64,000 bases of DNA, from NCBI GenBank assembly GCA_964503315.1, contig CAZCZL010000014.1, positions 4,159 to 68,158 of the forward strand, read 5' to 3'. The notes under the pieces were generated by a model, which did not search any database, was not told the DNA's origin, and worked only from the letters and a program-made list of their open reading frames with translations. This document shows, in pieces, positions 20,284 to 30,450 of this stretch. The DNA comes from an uncultured Ignavibacteriales bacterium. GTDB taxonomy: Bacteria; Zixibacteria; MSB-5A5; GN15; FEB-12. The translations under genes were made by a program, and so were the position numbers. The stretch's first letter is position 1. Every line of letters begins with the position of its first letter.

Positions 20284-20763
20284 CTAGCCGAGATAGCGAA
20301 GTTTACTCCCCGATGTCGTCAGGATAGGGCTATCCTGATGCATTTCGGCCGCTTTGACCTCTCCGAAAAAGACCGTATGGTTCCCTACCGTCACCTTGTT
20401 TACGGTCTTGCAGTCCAGGTACCCCAATGCCCCTTTGAGAAGCGGACTTCTGGTCACCGGCGATGAGTCCACTTCCGCGTGCGCCAGTTTCTGATACCCC
20501 GATTCCGCCGGTCCATAATACGCCTTGGCGAATTCGGCATGATTTTCCGCGATCAAATTGACCACGAACCCGCCATGCTGATCGATCAGCCGCGACGATT
20601 GATGTTTGTTGTGCACAGCCATCGCGATGATCGGCGGCTCGGAACTGACTTGCGACACCCAACTCGCGGTGAACGCGTTGCCGCTAGTCCCCTCTCCCAT
20701 CGTGACAATATACACTCCGTACTCGAGTTTCTTTAGCGCGGCGGTGATCTGCTTCTCCATCAT
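20284..20763 (-). CDS. Flavin reductase-like (FMN-binding split-barrel) protein
   Basis: 159 aa. 'GVYIVTMGEGTSGNAFTASWVSQVSSEPPIIAMAV' and 'GFVVNL' are typical of the flavin reductase domain family. Confidence 0.75.
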   Translation of the reverse strand: MMEKQITAALKKLEYGVYIVTMGEGTSGNAFTASWVSQVSSEPPIIAMAVHNKHQSSRLIDQHGGFVVNLIAENHAEFAKAYYGPAESGYQKLAHAEVDSSPVTRSPLLKGALGYLDCKTVNKVTVGNHTVFFGEVKAAEMHQDSPILTTSGSKLRYLG

Positions 20764-20799
20764 CTCTCCATATCGGGCACATCTGCCCGTGCACTGGTG

Positions 20800-21783
20800 T
20801 CATCGTTCAAACGGATGCTCGAAAGTAAAATCAGGACGGTAGTTCACCGGGCTGTCCAGTTCCTGGACCCAGCCCCGGTGGAATCCGAGTCGATCGAATT
20901 CATCGAGCACCTCTTCGTATTCTTCCTGTAGTAACGTCCTCCCCAGCCGCGGATGTTTCGCCACCGCCGGGATCGGGTGATATTGCGACATCAGAGAAAC
21001 ATGCACGTCCGGAGAGAGTTCCTCGGCGATCCATCGCAGCACCTTCTTGCTGTTCTCTATCTGCCCCGGCAATACCAGATGGCGAATGACCATTCCGAAC
21101 TGGATGTACCCGTCGTCATCGAGATAGATATTCGGCCCCTTCTGGCGGAACATCTCCTTGATCGCGGCGGTCGCGTGGGTCACATAATTGTGCGTGTCGG
21201 AATAGGCGCCGCTCAGGCGATTCTCCATATACTTCAGATCCGGCAGATAGACATGGATGGATTCTTCAAATGACCGGATCGTCTCTGCTTTGTCGTAACT
21301 GCTGGTGTTGAACACAAAGATCGGCTCGCGCCCGCGGGCTTTAAGGGCGTTCATGATCACGCGAACCTGCGGGATGAAATGCGACGGCGACACAAAACCG
21401 ACCGCGTGACAGCCAGAGTCTAGCAAAGTTTCTATCTGCGAGATAATGTCCACCAGCTCAAGTTTGTTCTCTTCGATCGTCGCGTTACGCCGGCTTATTT
21501 GCCAGTTCTGGCAGTAAACGCACTGCATATTGCAGCGCGTGAAGAAGATATTACAGATGCCATGCTTGCCGGAAATGACCGGCTCTTCCCCCCGGTGCGC
21601 GCAAATGGACCCGACCGAAAACTCCATCCCGCTGTTGCAGAACCCCAGCTTGTCGCCGGATCTATCCGCCTGACAGTTGCGCGGACACTGCGTGCAATTC
21701 TTCAGTACTTCCAACGGCTGCAGCAATTCCTGCCACTGGGATGGCGTGAACAAATTCGTGGATGTAGGTGTGGGTCGGTCCAT
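20800..21783 (-). CDS. Radical SAM protein, PflX-like (putative activating enzyme)
   Basis: 327 aa. Radical SAM cluster motif 'CNMQCVYCQNW', preceded by the Cys-rich 'CTQCPRNCQADR...GFCN' as in PflX-type proteins. Confidence 0.75.
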   Translation of the reverse strand: MDRPTPTSTNLFTPSQWQELLQPLEVLKNCTQCPRNCQADRSGDKLGFCNSGMEFSVGSICAHRGEEPVISGKHGICNIFFTRCNMQCVYCQNWQISRRNATIEENKLELVDIISQIETLLDSGCHAVGFVSPSHFIPQVRVIMNALKARGREPIFVFNTSSYDKAETIRSFEESIHVYLPDLKYMENRLSGAYSDTHNYVTHATAAIKEMFRQKGPNIYLDDDGYIQFGMVIRHLVLPGQIENSKKVLRWIAEELSPDVHVSLMSQYHPIPAVAKHPRLGRTLLQEEYEEVLDEFDRLGFHRGWVQELDSPVNYRPDFTFEHPFER

Positions 21784-21832
21784 ATTTGCCTGGACCTAAT
21801 ATACGGAACGGCGGACCATCCCGCAAGGCGGC

Positions 21833-23821
21833 TCACTCTCCGACGCGAATCGGCAAGATCACGACCGGCAGCCCCTGATGGTAGAGCCGCTTCTGGACCG
21901 AGAAGATCGTCTGGTTGTGCAACCAGCGATTGAAGAAGGTCTCTTTCTTGAAGACCAACTGTCCGCCAAAGAAGATGGCTCGGGGAAATCTCTCAATTAT
22001 CTGCGGCACCTGGTTATCCAGCTCTTCCAGAACATCCACCCCGATCACTGTGTGGCTTTCGGCGTACAGACCATGCCGCTGCATATAATCAACATATCGC
22101 TTCCCCTCGGACTCAATATGCTCTTTGAGCTTGTCCACTTCAGCGGTCCCCTTGAAATTGCCGACATCCACCACGCCGATCTGGAGAAATACGTAGTTCT
22201 TGATCGCTCCCTCAAACAGGCTGATGACATTCAGGAGAGTATGTATCCCCAGTCCGTTGAATCCATTGACCAACAGCACCGCGGTCTTGCCCGATGGCTG
22301 CGGCTGCAGTTCCGGGACAGGCGCCGACTGTTGTTGCTCGGAGACCTGCATCGCCGTCACCAGCAAGTCATCCAGACGCTTCAATTGCTGGGCCGTTCTC
22401 CGGTAATGTCGGCGCACCCCGAATGCGATCGCTACGAGCGCGCTGGTCACCACGATCGTCAGCCATCCTCCCTGATCGAACTTAAGGATCGCCATCGTCA
22501 CCAGAATGAACGAAGACAGCGCCAGGCCGACTCCGTTTATCGTGATCTTACGCAGCCAGACATTTGACTCTTTACGTACCTGCCACCAATGCCGCACCAT
22601 TCCCAATTGCGAGAGCACGAACGTTATGAACACTGTGATGGAGTAGAGGACAACGAGGAATTTGACCGAGCCGCCTGTCGCGACGACCAATATCAACGCC
22701 AATCCGCCCATCAGTAGAATACCATTTTGAGTCACCAGCCGATCCGACAGAACCGTGAAGCGCGTCGGGAACCACCGGTCGAGCGCCATATTTGCCAACA
22801 CGCGCGGCCCTCCCAGGAAGCCCGTCTGTGCCGCGACAAACAAAAGCGCCGCCTCGGACAACAGGATCGCGAAAACGAATACCACGCCTGTTGTCCCCCA
22901 TCCCTCTGAGATCCGCTCAAACAACACCGCGTTGAGTGTTTTTCCTTCAACCGGCTTTAGATCCATCAGGAGGTAGGCGATGACAAGGCCCGTCACGATC
23001 GCGGCCAGCGATATCGCCATATACCACATCGTCCGACGGCCGTTGGCGACTTTTGGTTCTCGAATGATCGGCAGACCGTTGGACACTGCCTCAATTCCGG
23101 TGTACGTACCGGCGCCAAATGAGTACGACCGCATTAGTAAGAGGAATATACCCGCGAGGCCGATCTCCGATTGTGCCTTGGAAAAATCGCTGGCAGTCGC
23201 GGAGACCACCTCCGGTAGTTGGTCGACGTGGCTCCCCCAAGCGTACAGTATCGCGATCCCATGCAGCACCACAAACGACAGCATGATGGGGATGAGCGGC
23301 ACGACCGATTCACGCACGCCGCGAAGGTTCATTACAATCAGGAGCAGAACCCCGAACACGGTGAACCCGAGCTTGTACGAATGCCACTCCGGCGGGAGAA
23401 AACTGAACATCGCGTCAGAACCGGCCGCGACCGAGAGCGCGATCGTCAACACATAGTCGATCAGCAACGCGCACCCCGACACCATTCCCAGGGTCGGACT
23501 GAGCATCTTGCTCGCGACCAGATAACCGCCACCGCCGCCGGGGAACAGCTCGATTATCTGCATATAGCTGGCGGAGATTACAAACACTGTGATGGCCGAC
23601 CCAAGCGCGACCAGCAGACCCAGGTAGGTATGGCTCCCCAGCGCCAGGAAGGCTTCCTCAGGACCGTAGCAGGCAGACGATAACCCGTCGGCACCCAGTC
23701 CGACCCAAGCGAGAAACGCTGAAAGAGAGAGCGCGTGATAGATGGACCGATCCTGAAGATTACGGCCACGCCCTATCAGTGCGGTCTTTATGCGTCGAAA
23801 AAGAGAGGGTTGTGTTTCCAT
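21833..23821 (-). CDS. APC-superfamily permease with ~200-aa C-terminal soluble domain
   Basis: 662 aa. About 12 hydrophobic helices in the first ~450 aa. N-terminus '...LSAFLAWVGLGADGLSSACYGPEEAF' looks like APC-family amino acid/cation permeases. Confidence 0.7.
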   Translation of the reverse strand: METQPSLFRRIKTALIGRGRNLQDRSIYHALSLSAFLAWVGLGADGLSSACYGPEEAFLALGSHTYLGLLVALGSAITVFVISASYMQIIELFPGGGGGYLVASKMLSPTLGMVSGCALLIDYVLTIALSVAAGSDAMFSFLPPEWHSYKLGFTVFGVLLLIVMNLRGVRESVVPLIPIMLSFVVLHGIAILYAWGSHVDQLPEVVSATASDFSKAQSEIGLAGIFLLLMRSYSFGAGTYTGIEAVSNGLPIIREPKVANGRRTMWYMAISLAAIVTGLVIAYLLMDLKPVEGKTLNAVLFERISEGWGTTGVVFVFAILLSEAALLFVAAQTGFLGGPRVLANMALDRWFPTRFTVLSDRLVTQNGILLMGGLALILVVATGGSVKFLVVLYSITVFITFVLSQLGMVRHWWQVRKESNVWLRKITINGVGLALSSFILVTMAILKFDQGGWLTIVVTSALVAIAFGVRRHYRRTAQQLKRLDDLLVTAMQVSEQQQSAPVPELQPQPSGKTAVLLVNGFNGLGIHTLLNVISLFEGAIKNYVFLQIGVVDVGNFKGTAEVDKLKEHIESEGKRYVDYMQRHGLYAESHTVIGVDVLEELDNQVPQIIERFPRAIFFGGQLVFKKETFFNRWLHNQTIFSVQKRLYHQGLPVVILPIRVGE

Positions 23822-23896
23822 TTCCTACCGGGGCAAAGCCCCTAAAACTTTGGCGTAATTATGGAAAGCTGCGCCCGGACGCAAGACAATTCTGAA

Positions 23897-24634
23897 CTAC
23901 GCGGGCTTCTCCGCCAACCAGAACTGACGTCCGCCGCCAGCCATGCCAAATTCGGTGGAAAGGCCGGTCTTCTGCAAGATAAAACCAACCGAGGTAAGGA
24001 GTTGACTGACTGCATCACGATCGAAGGCCGTTTGTTCGAAAACCTCGTCAGTGCGATACCAGACCCCACCAATCAAACGGAACATGGCAGCATCCAGACG
24101 ACCACGCTTTAGTTCAGGATTGTAGCTGTTCCGAACCGCCAGTACATGATCTGGCTCAACGATCGACCAACTCCCCTTCCACCCTTTCAGGTACCCCTCC
24201 TCGATGTTCAGATCGAACAGAAACAGACCTCCCGGCTTCAGAGCCGCAAAGACCGACGCAAACGCCGACAACAACCGCTCTTCCGTCATCAGATGATTCA
24301 AGCTGTCATAGAGAGATATAACTCCATGCATCTGTTCGGGGAGCGCGAAGTTTTCCGCATTCGACTCAACAAAACCCGCCAAAGGCGCGTTTCGCTTGGC
24401 GAATGCCAGCATCTCCTTCGAATTATCCAGACCGGTGACTTTGTACCCTGCCTCGGTCAACCGTCCTGCCATCTGGCCGGTACCGCAGCAGAGGTCCAGA
24501 ATCCGCGCTTCACTCGGGAGTTGCGGGAGAAACCATGCCTCAAGGACTGGATATATTCTGTCCAGGAATTGGCTCCCCCAATAGCGGTCGTAGAACCAGG
24601 CCAGCCCGTCGTAGGGTGTGTGACTTTCGCTCAT
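23897..24634 (-). CDS. Class I SAM-dependent methyltransferase
   Basis: SAM-binding motif 'ILDLCCGTGQMAGRL'. Start taken at ATG 24634 (MSESHTPYDG...), which directly abuts the GNAT stop. The ORF itself extends to 24655. Confidence 0.75.
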   Translation of the reverse strand: MSESHTPYDGLAWFYDRYWGSQFLDRIYPVLEAWFLPQLPSEARILDLCCGTGQMAGRLTEAGYKVTGLDNSKEMLAFAKRNAPLAGFVESNAENFALPEQMHGVISLYDSLNHLMTEERLLSAFASVFAALKPGGLFLFDLNIEEGYLKGWKGSWSIVEPDHVLAVRNSYNPELKRGRLDAAMFRLIGGVWYRTDEVFEQTAFDRDAVSQLLTSVGFILQKTGLSTEFGMAGGGRQFWLAEKPA

Positions 24635-25029
24635 CGCTTCCGCGGAAGGAACCACGCGTCATCATTTTTGGTGAAACCGATATGCGGGTAATACTCCCGC
24701 GCCTGTGGTGCCGCCAGCAACAGCACCATTACCTCTTCGCCCAGATACTGCTGCGTCCGAAGGATCAACTCCTGCCCTATCCCCCGCTTCTGATACGCTT
24801 TGGCGACGGCAAGATCGGAGAGATAGCAGCAGTACGAAAAATCGGTAACTGAACGTGATATCCCTATCAGCTTGGCGCCATCCCGCGCCGACACGATCAG
24901 GTTCGCGTTCTCTATCATCCGCGCGATCCGGGGGAGGTCGCTCACCGGCCGATTGAGCCCCGCGTCGGCGTAAAGGTCCGCCACTTCCGCCGGTTCCACT
25001 ACTTCATTGATATGGTAGAGTATATGCAT
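24631..25029 (-). CDS. GNAT family N-acetyltransferase
   Basis: 132 aa. Acetyl-CoA motif 'YQKRGIGQELI'. Confidence 0.75.
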   Translation of the reverse strand: MHILYHINEVVEPAEVADLYADAGLNRPVSDLPRIARMIENANLIVSARDGAKLIGISRSVTDFSYCCYLSDLAVAKAYQKRGIGQELILRTQQYLGEEVMVLLLAAPQAREYYPHIGFTKNDDAWFLPRKR

Positions 25030-25103
25030 AGCGATGCCCTCGTTGAGTGATTCACGGATGTAATATGGAGTCCCGTGCGCTAGGGCGCAATGAAGGAATT
25101 TAC

Positions 25104-26486
25104 TCAGCGCATCGGCGCGAGCGCGCCCGCTTTCTCGAAGGTCACCGCGCTTAACACGGCATCAACGTAGAAATACTGCTCGGCCTTGAACGGGAGGTAC
25201 GCGAGCTGTATCTCAACCGGGCGGCACGGCTGGAAGGCTTTGTTTCGCAGATGGTCGAGCTCTGCCGCTCGACGGTACCAGAGCACTTCAAGCAACGCCA
25301 GGCTGTCATCTATCGATCGCGTCACCGGTATCTCCTGCCGGATCAGATCCCCCATCCGTTCGCACTCGATATGCTGTATCGCCGTCGTCATCCGCGAACT
25401 GAGTCGATAGGTCGTCTCCGCATTCCGCATCTCAAACGCCGGTACTACAAACTGCTGTATCCCCTGCCGCTCCGAATGTGCCTTTATAACCCAGAACGGA
25501 AAGTACGTATTCGCTTTATCAATCTTCCCTCGATTGACCAGCAGTTCTCTGTTCAACTCCGCGCACGAATCAAGAAACTCGATTCGCCCACAATTGTGAC
25601 AGGCATAGACAAGTGATCTTCCGAAAGGAAGGTCAACACCGCAGTTTGAACACCGGTGAAACTCCACCCCCAAAGACCCAAACGTGATGGACTGTTTGTT
25701 GGCAGGCTCGCTCGGGCTTTCGGCGAGAGTCTCAGTCCCCGCCACTCGACCAGTGACGGCATCGAGTACGATCCGCTCTGTCCCCTGACGCGTGTAATGA
25801 TCGGCGAGATAATAGGGGAAATAAACTATCGACCCTTTCGGGTGGAACAGAATGGTGGAGTTGTTCTTGTTGTCGGCACGGTCAAACCGGGCAAGCCCGG
25901 CTGTAGCTCTCACCGCTCTGTCCACGGCGTCATCAAACGATTCGTTGACTGTCAGGCAACGGGCATCCTGATCGATCTTCTCTTGCGCGAAAGGGAGCAG
26001 GCCAAGGTACTCAGCCCGCACGCCGAGTGAATACGGGATCGATTCAGCGACATCTGTTGCGGGTGCCGACGACGAATAGGCCGCGAGGTTGATCGTGGTC
26101 AATTCCTTCTCTTCAACCGAGCCATCGTCATACTCATCTTCCTCTGACCGAGAAACTTCGTATACCGAAGTTCGCACCTTGAGCGTCACCGCGTCGATCT
26201 TCCAGTAAGGATAGTAAATGAGTGATAGCGGCGCGTTACTGCCGGGCATGGTGATGTCATGCTTGCGACAATAACGGTCCAGCAGGAAACGGATCTCCTG
26301 AGGAGATTTCTTCGGTTTGGTGAAATAGGCGGGCGGAAGTTCCGGCATGCTGATCCGGAGCACCGATCCACAATGCGTACACTGGAGAAGGCGGAAGTCC
26401 TTTTCCAGAGCAAGGTCGGCGCCACATCCGGGACAGCCGACCTCGATCGTGAATCCGTTACTGCCCGTTCGGCGTGGACTGACCAT
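25104..26486 (-). CDS. Internally duplicated double zinc-ribbon protein, unknown function
   Basis: Start taken at ATG 26486 ([25 protein letters not shown]...). Two CxxC...CxxC ribbons: '[16 protein letters not shown]' and '[15 protein letters not shown]'. Each is followed by an aromatic beta-like segment ('[11 protein letters not shown]', '[10 protein letters not shown]'). Overlaps the upstream SPFH gene by 29 nt. Confidence 0.6.
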   Translation of the reverse strand: MVSPRRTGSNGFTIEVGCPGCGADLALEKDFRLLQCTHCGSVLRISMPELPPAYFTKPKKSPQEIRFLLDRYCRKHDITMPGSNAPLSLIYYPYWKIDAVTLKVRTSVYEVSRSEEDEYDDGSVEEKELTTINLAAYSSSAPATDVAESIPYSLGVRAEYLGLLPFAQEKIDQDARCLTVNESFDDAVDRAVRATAGLARFDRADNKNNSTILFHPKGSIVYFPYYLADHYTRQGTERIVLDAVTGRVAGTETLAESPSEPANKQSITFGSLGVEFHRCSNCGVDLPFGRSLVYACHNCGRIEFLDSCAELNRELLVNRGKIDKANTYFPFWVIKAHSERQGIQQFVVPAFEMRNAETTYRLSSRMTTAIQHIECERMGDLIRQEIPVTRSIDDSLALLEVLWYRRAAELDHLRNKAFQPCRPVEIQLAYLPFKAEQYFYVDAVLSAVTFEKAGALAPMR

Positions 26487-27495
26487 CAACCGGCTTTCCA
26501 CAGTTGGCGCAGAAATTCGCGCCGACCAGTAACTCCGATGAACAGAACTTGCAGGACAATTTGCTGTGCAGCTTGGTGCCGCAATTCGGGCAGAAACTAG
26601 AATCTGACGGTACTTCGCGTTTACACGAAGTGCAGGTGAGATAGACCTCGGTCCGCTCGGCACCCATCGACTTCTGGAAGATCCCCGGGGTCATCAGCCC
26701 AACTCCGGCTCCCATCATCATGCCGGCGCCCGCCGATGCCGCGCCTCCCTGCGTCCCGAGACCCTTGGCGATCTCATACTTCATGAATTTGTCGAGATCC
26801 CCAACTGCTCCCATACCGGAGCGCTGGTCGATCATCTTGGCGACCTCATCCGGCGGGGTGATGGTCGAGATATAGAAATCGACCAACGCCAGACCGTATT
26901 TCTCGAATTCCACCTTGATGATCTTCTCGAACTCCTTCGCCAGTTCGCTGTACTGCGCCGGCAGGTCGAGAATTGTTTTGAGACGCTCGCCGAGCAGATC
27001 ATTCAGCCGCGCGATTATCACATCGCGCAGGTAGTCGTTGATATCCTCAGTCGTATACTTCGCCTGGCGTCCCACAAGCGAATTGAGGAAGAGCGACGGC
27101 TTCTCAACGCGGAAAGTATACGTCCCATGTCCGCGCAGACGAACCAGACCAAGTTGGTTGTCCCGGAAGGTCACAGGGTCGCGGGTCCCCCATTTCAGAT
27201 TGGTGAAGACCTTCAGATTGACAAAGTAAACTTCCGCGCGGAACGGCGAGTTGAACCCGAATGGAAACGCCAGAAGGCGGGTCAGGATCGGGAGGTTCAT
27301 CGACGTCAGCGTATGGCGACCGGTCGAGAACATATCCGCGGCATGGCCATCCTTGAAAAAGATCGCCTGTTGACTGTCGCGGACGATCAACTGGGCGCCA
27401 AGTTTGAAATCCGCGGAACCTTCCTGCGGCAACCGGTAGATCATCTCGTCACCGGATTGGTCCATCCATTCAATAATTTCGATAAGCAGGGACAT
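26458..27495 (-). CDS. SPFH (stomatin/prohibitin/flotillin)-domain protein with C-terminal double zinc ribbon (COG4260/YdjI-like layout)
   Basis: 345 aa. N-terminus '[25 protein letters not shown]...[19 protein letters not shown]' and the central region match the 'virion core protein-like' SPFH family as I remember it. C-terminus has '[16 protein letters not shown]' and '[16 protein letters not shown]'. Confidence 0.75.
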   Translation of the reverse strand: MSLLIEIIEWMDQSGDEMIYRLPQEGSADFKLGAQLIVRDSQQAIFFKDGHAADMFSTGRHTLTSMNLPILTRLLAFPFGFNSPFRAEVYFVNLKVFTNLKWGTRDPVTFRDNQLGLVRLRGHGTYTFRVEKPSLFLNSLVGRQAKYTTEDINDYLRDVIIARLNDLLGERLKTILDLPAQYSELAKEFEKIIKVEFEKYGLALVDFYISTITPPDEVAKMIDQRSGMGAVGDLDKFMKYEIAKGLGTQGGAASAGAGMMMGAGVGLMTPGIFQKSMGAERTEVYLTCTSCKREVPSDSSFCPNCGTKLHSKLSCKFCSSELLVGANFCANCGKPVDGQSTPNGQ

Positions 27496-27656
27496 GGTAT
27501 CTCCTGTGCTATTTTCTTAATCAGTTACCTTGATTGTCGGTTGATATTCAGGTTTGTGAAGCGAATTGCCTGACCGATTATTGCACAGTCAGACCCCGGC
27601 CGAACCCAAACCTGTTTGGCGAGTTAGCTGGTCGGCCAACTCCACGCAGGTAACAG

Positions 27657-27684
27657 AAAAAGCCCCCGGCAAATCGCCGAGGGC
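27657..27684 (-). terminator. Rho-independent terminator of the lipoprotein gene
   Basis: On the minus strand: 9-bp stem with one mismatch (gccctcggc/gccgggggc), followed by ttttt. Confidence 0.6.
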
Positions 27685-27709
27685 TCAGATGATCCTTTGT
27701 CAAATCTCG

Positions 27710-28795
27710 CTAGTCCGAAGCAATATCCGAATCATTCGAGGTTGGACATTTGAACCGGAAAACACCGGCCATCGACAGCGCCAACGGCAGCGGTGTTGGT
27801 GTCGCGATCGTCATTTCGCCGAACCCGCCCTTAAGTACACCGACTGATTGACCGGTAAGGTCGAATATCTCTCCTTCAAAGACTCCGTACCGCGTCCCGC
27901 AGACCGGACACATCGCATAGTCCGTATACATCCAGGTCCCCTGAACATTACCGGTGACAACTCCGTTCGCATCCATCCAGACACCGGCAAACAGATTCTG
28001 GGCATCCCCGGTCCAGAAATTCCCCTGCAGCCTCCCGACCGCGCCGACAGAACCAGTGTTGGTTCCGACGGACCGCCAGACTGCTTCAAAGGCGCCATTC
28101 ATATGCGTCGAATCAGCGCGAACCCATTGACCACTGATCTGCCCCCGCGGACAAATGATTGGTCTCAGCTTTCGGCCATAGATCGCCAGGCCGGAGAGAT
28201 TCCCCGTCGGATAGAATGCCTGAAAATGAGCTAGCTGATCGACCGCTATTTCTACATTGACCGGCGCGCTGCGGAAATAGAACGAGGGTGCCTGAATATA
28301 GACTATCCCCCGTTTCATCGCGATAAATGTCACCAGCCCGTCAATATCATTCGTCGTCAACGATCTCCACGCGATCGTCATCGGATCAGTTGTCGGTATC
28401 AGTGAATCCTGGCCATTGTCAAAAGAGATGACCGCGACAACACCCATGTCACCAACGCCATTGACGTTGATCGAACCTGACCAATCGACCGTAGTAGTAT
28501 TTTGCGGCGGAGTGCCGGCCGTAGAAAATGAGCCCCAGACCGTTGTCACTGCATAAACGTCGTAGCTGGTATCCGCGAGATAATGCTCAAGCCCGAGACG
28601 TACGGCGTCGGCCATATCAAGTTCCAGCGCGCCTTCGTCGGTTGCGCCATATAGCGCCACCATTTGATCGGCTTTTTCGGGGAGATCGGCGGTTGGTGAA
28701 GATGTGTCGGATGTTGGTGCCGTGACGGTGGAATCACTGCATCCTATTAGCACCGCGAGGATCAGCCCGGTCAGCAGAAGTGTGAGTTTAGCCAT
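27710..28795 (-). CDS. Lipoprotein, unknown function
   Basis: 361 aa. Lipobox 'LAVLIGC' in 'MAKLTLLLTGLILAVLIGCSDS'. Gly/Trp-rich internal repeats ('GNFWTGDAQNLFAGVWMDANGVVTGNVQGTWMY'). Confidence 0.65.
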   Translation of the reverse strand: MAKLTLLLTGLILAVLIGCSDSTVTAPTSDTSSPTADLPEKADQMVALYGATDEGALELDMADAVRLGLEHYLADTSYDVYAVTTVWGSFSTAGTPPQNTTTVDWSGSINVNGVGDMGVVAVISFDNGQDSLIPTTDPMTIAWRSLTTNDIDGLVTFIAMKRGIVYIQAPSFYFRSAPVNVEIAVDQLAHFQAFYPTGNLSGLAIYGRKLRPIICPRGQISGQWVRADSTHMNGAFEAVWRSVGTNTGSVGAVGRLQGNFWTGDAQNLFAGVWMDANGVVTGNVQGTWMYTDYAMCPVCGTRYGVFEGEIFDLTGQSVGVLKGGFGEMTIATPTPLPLALSMAGVFRFKCPTSNDSDIASD

Positions 28796-28946
28796 TGCTA
28801 TTCTCCCAGTAGCGGATTAAAGAGGATTCAGGTCAATTGACTCTTTGTAGTAAATACGTCTCAAGGGAGAATTCATGCAATGATTTTTCGAACCTCCCGC
28901 GCAGGGAACCAAGGAGTAACTGCCAAACTGTTATGGCGCAATTGGG

Positions 28947-29705
28947 TCAATTGGTGGCCAACGGCGTCAGTTCGCCGTCACGAAACATCTCTTTTTTCTG
29001 TTCGAGACCGGTATCGGAGTACGTTATCCAGACACCATGCTTTTTGCCATCCACATACTCCCCCTCGGACTGCCGCATTCCCGTTGTATGCCACGCAATG
29101 TAGAGGCCGTTTGGTATTCCGTTCTTGTAATGTAACTCTTCCTGCTTCTTCCCATTCGGATGCCAGTTCATCCACTTACCGTCCTTCAGTCCGTTGTCGA
29201 ATTTCCCCTCTTCAGCCAGTTTCCCGTTTGGATGCCAGCGTTTGAACTCTCCATTCTCCGCGCCGTCCCGGTATGACCACTTCTGCGCCAGACGTCCATT
29301 CGCGTGCCATTTCGACCACTTGCCGATCGGTTGATCTTTCTTGTAAGACCCTTCCGTCTCAACATGGCCATTTGGGAAATAGCTGGTGTGAACTCCATCG
29401 CGGAGACCCTTGAGATAACTCACGGACTCCTTCATATGACCATCGGGATACCACGCTATCCATGGACCGGATTTCTGCCCGCGCAAGTACTCCCCGCGCG
29501 CCTGCCGCGCCCCGGTCTCGTAGAACTGCTCGTACTGACCATTTTTGACATACAGTCCGTTGGAATCACGGACCTCGGACCACCGCTCCTGAAGTTTGTG
29601 CGAAGGGTAATATTCGTGGCGTGTTTTGACCGTACTGCTGCAGGCGATCACTAGTATACATACCAGCGCGGCAACAGACAGACAAATCGGGATTCGCGAG
29701 TTCAT
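28947..29705 (-). CDS. MORN-repeat-variant (YwqK-like) lipoprotein
   Basis: 252 aa. 'LVIACSS' lipobox-like signal. About 8 repeats of the G-x-W-x-x-W/Y-x-N-G-x-x-x-x-E-x-x-Y/F-x-x-G type ('GPWIAWYPDGHMKESVSYLKGLRDG', 'GKWMNWHPNGKKQEELHYKNGIPNG'). Confidence 0.75.
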   Translation of the reverse strand: MNSRIPICLSVAALVCILVIACSSTVKTRHEYYPSHKLQERWSEVRDSNGLYVKNGQYEQFYETGARQARGEYLRGQKSGPWIAWYPDGHMKESVSYLKGLRDGVHTSYFPNGHVETEGSYKKDQPIGKWSKWHANGRLAQKWSYRDGAENGEFKRWHPNGKLAEEGKFDNGLKDGKWMNWHPNGKKQEELHYKNGIPNGLYIAWHTTGMRQSEGEYVDGKKHGVWITYSDTGLEQKKEMFRDGELTPLATN

Positions 29706-29836
29706 TCCTGGACAGACCTCCGGTACGATGGTCTCCCTAGTATCGGAAAGATTGGAGAAACGGTTTATAGGCCGCCGGAATCAATTGACACTTGGCTACT
29801 TAGCACGACCGACAAAAAGCGGAAACAACCCGAAAA

Positions 29837-30220
29837 TCAGTCCTTGCTCTCAAGCCATTTAATCGCGTCAAACCGCGCCGTAAAGAGCTTGAGATTGAGA
29901 TTGGTTGGACGAACCTCATGCAGCATGATATACAGTTTCGCGTTGGACAGGGTCACGCCGCCATTCGAAACCAATGCCCATTTGGTCGGCCCCATTTCGC
30001 GGGCCATCTCATGGACATGCATCCGGAACCGATCGATATCCTTCATCCCCCAGTCGTAGATCGCGGAAGTCATGTCAATGATCGAGTTCATCCCCTTTTG
30101 ATAATTGGCATCGGCCCGTATCTTGGCGATCAGGTCGATATCTTCATCGACCGTGACCGGCCCGGATTTTTCGATCACGATCAGGTTCCGCGACTTGTCG
30201 AAGTAGTATGAGAACTTCAT
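29837..30220 (-). CDS. Hypothetical small protein (possibly STAS/SpoIIAA-like fold)
   Basis: Start at ATG 30220, preceded by GAGGAGAT. 127 aa, 'MKFSYYFDKSRNLIVIEKSGPVTVDEDIDLI...'. The fold assignment is a guess from the sequence pattern. Confidence 0.5.
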   Translation of the reverse strand: MKFSYYFDKSRNLIVIEKSGPVTVDEDIDLIAKIRADANYQKGMNSIIDMTSAIYDWGMKDIDRFRMHVHEMAREMGPTKWALVSNGGVTLSNAKLYIMLHEVRPTNLNLKLFTARFDAIKWLESKD

Positions 30221-30450
30221 ATCTCCTCGCCCGGTTGAGGTGACAGCGCGACAGCGGGGAAAGTGGCCGACAGCCACTGCCGCGATCGCAAGATTGGTGT
30301 TGTTCAGGTCGGATAGGATGTCTGGTCTCGTTGTGGCGCCCCCCGCACCATTACCCAGACTGCATGCTTATGCAAGAAGTACTATTGTCAACTGTCCGTC
30401 AAGAATCAATCCGAGTTATATCTGGGAGACAGAACAGTGGAAACCCTTAC

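Noticed and set aside
26487-26663. N-terminal 59 codons of ORF 25104-26663
   Set aside because: This part overlaps the zinc-ribbon tail of the SPFH gene in another frame and translates to Arg/Ser/Ala-rich sequence. The first ATG after it (26486) immediately precedes the first Zn-ribbon, so the shorter model is preferred.
28947-29705. YwqK-like MORN protein as the antitoxin of a toxin-antitoxin pair
   Set aside because: No YwqJ-like deaminase or LXG toxin gene is adjacent. The protein also has a lipoprotein signal, which argues for an envelope role.
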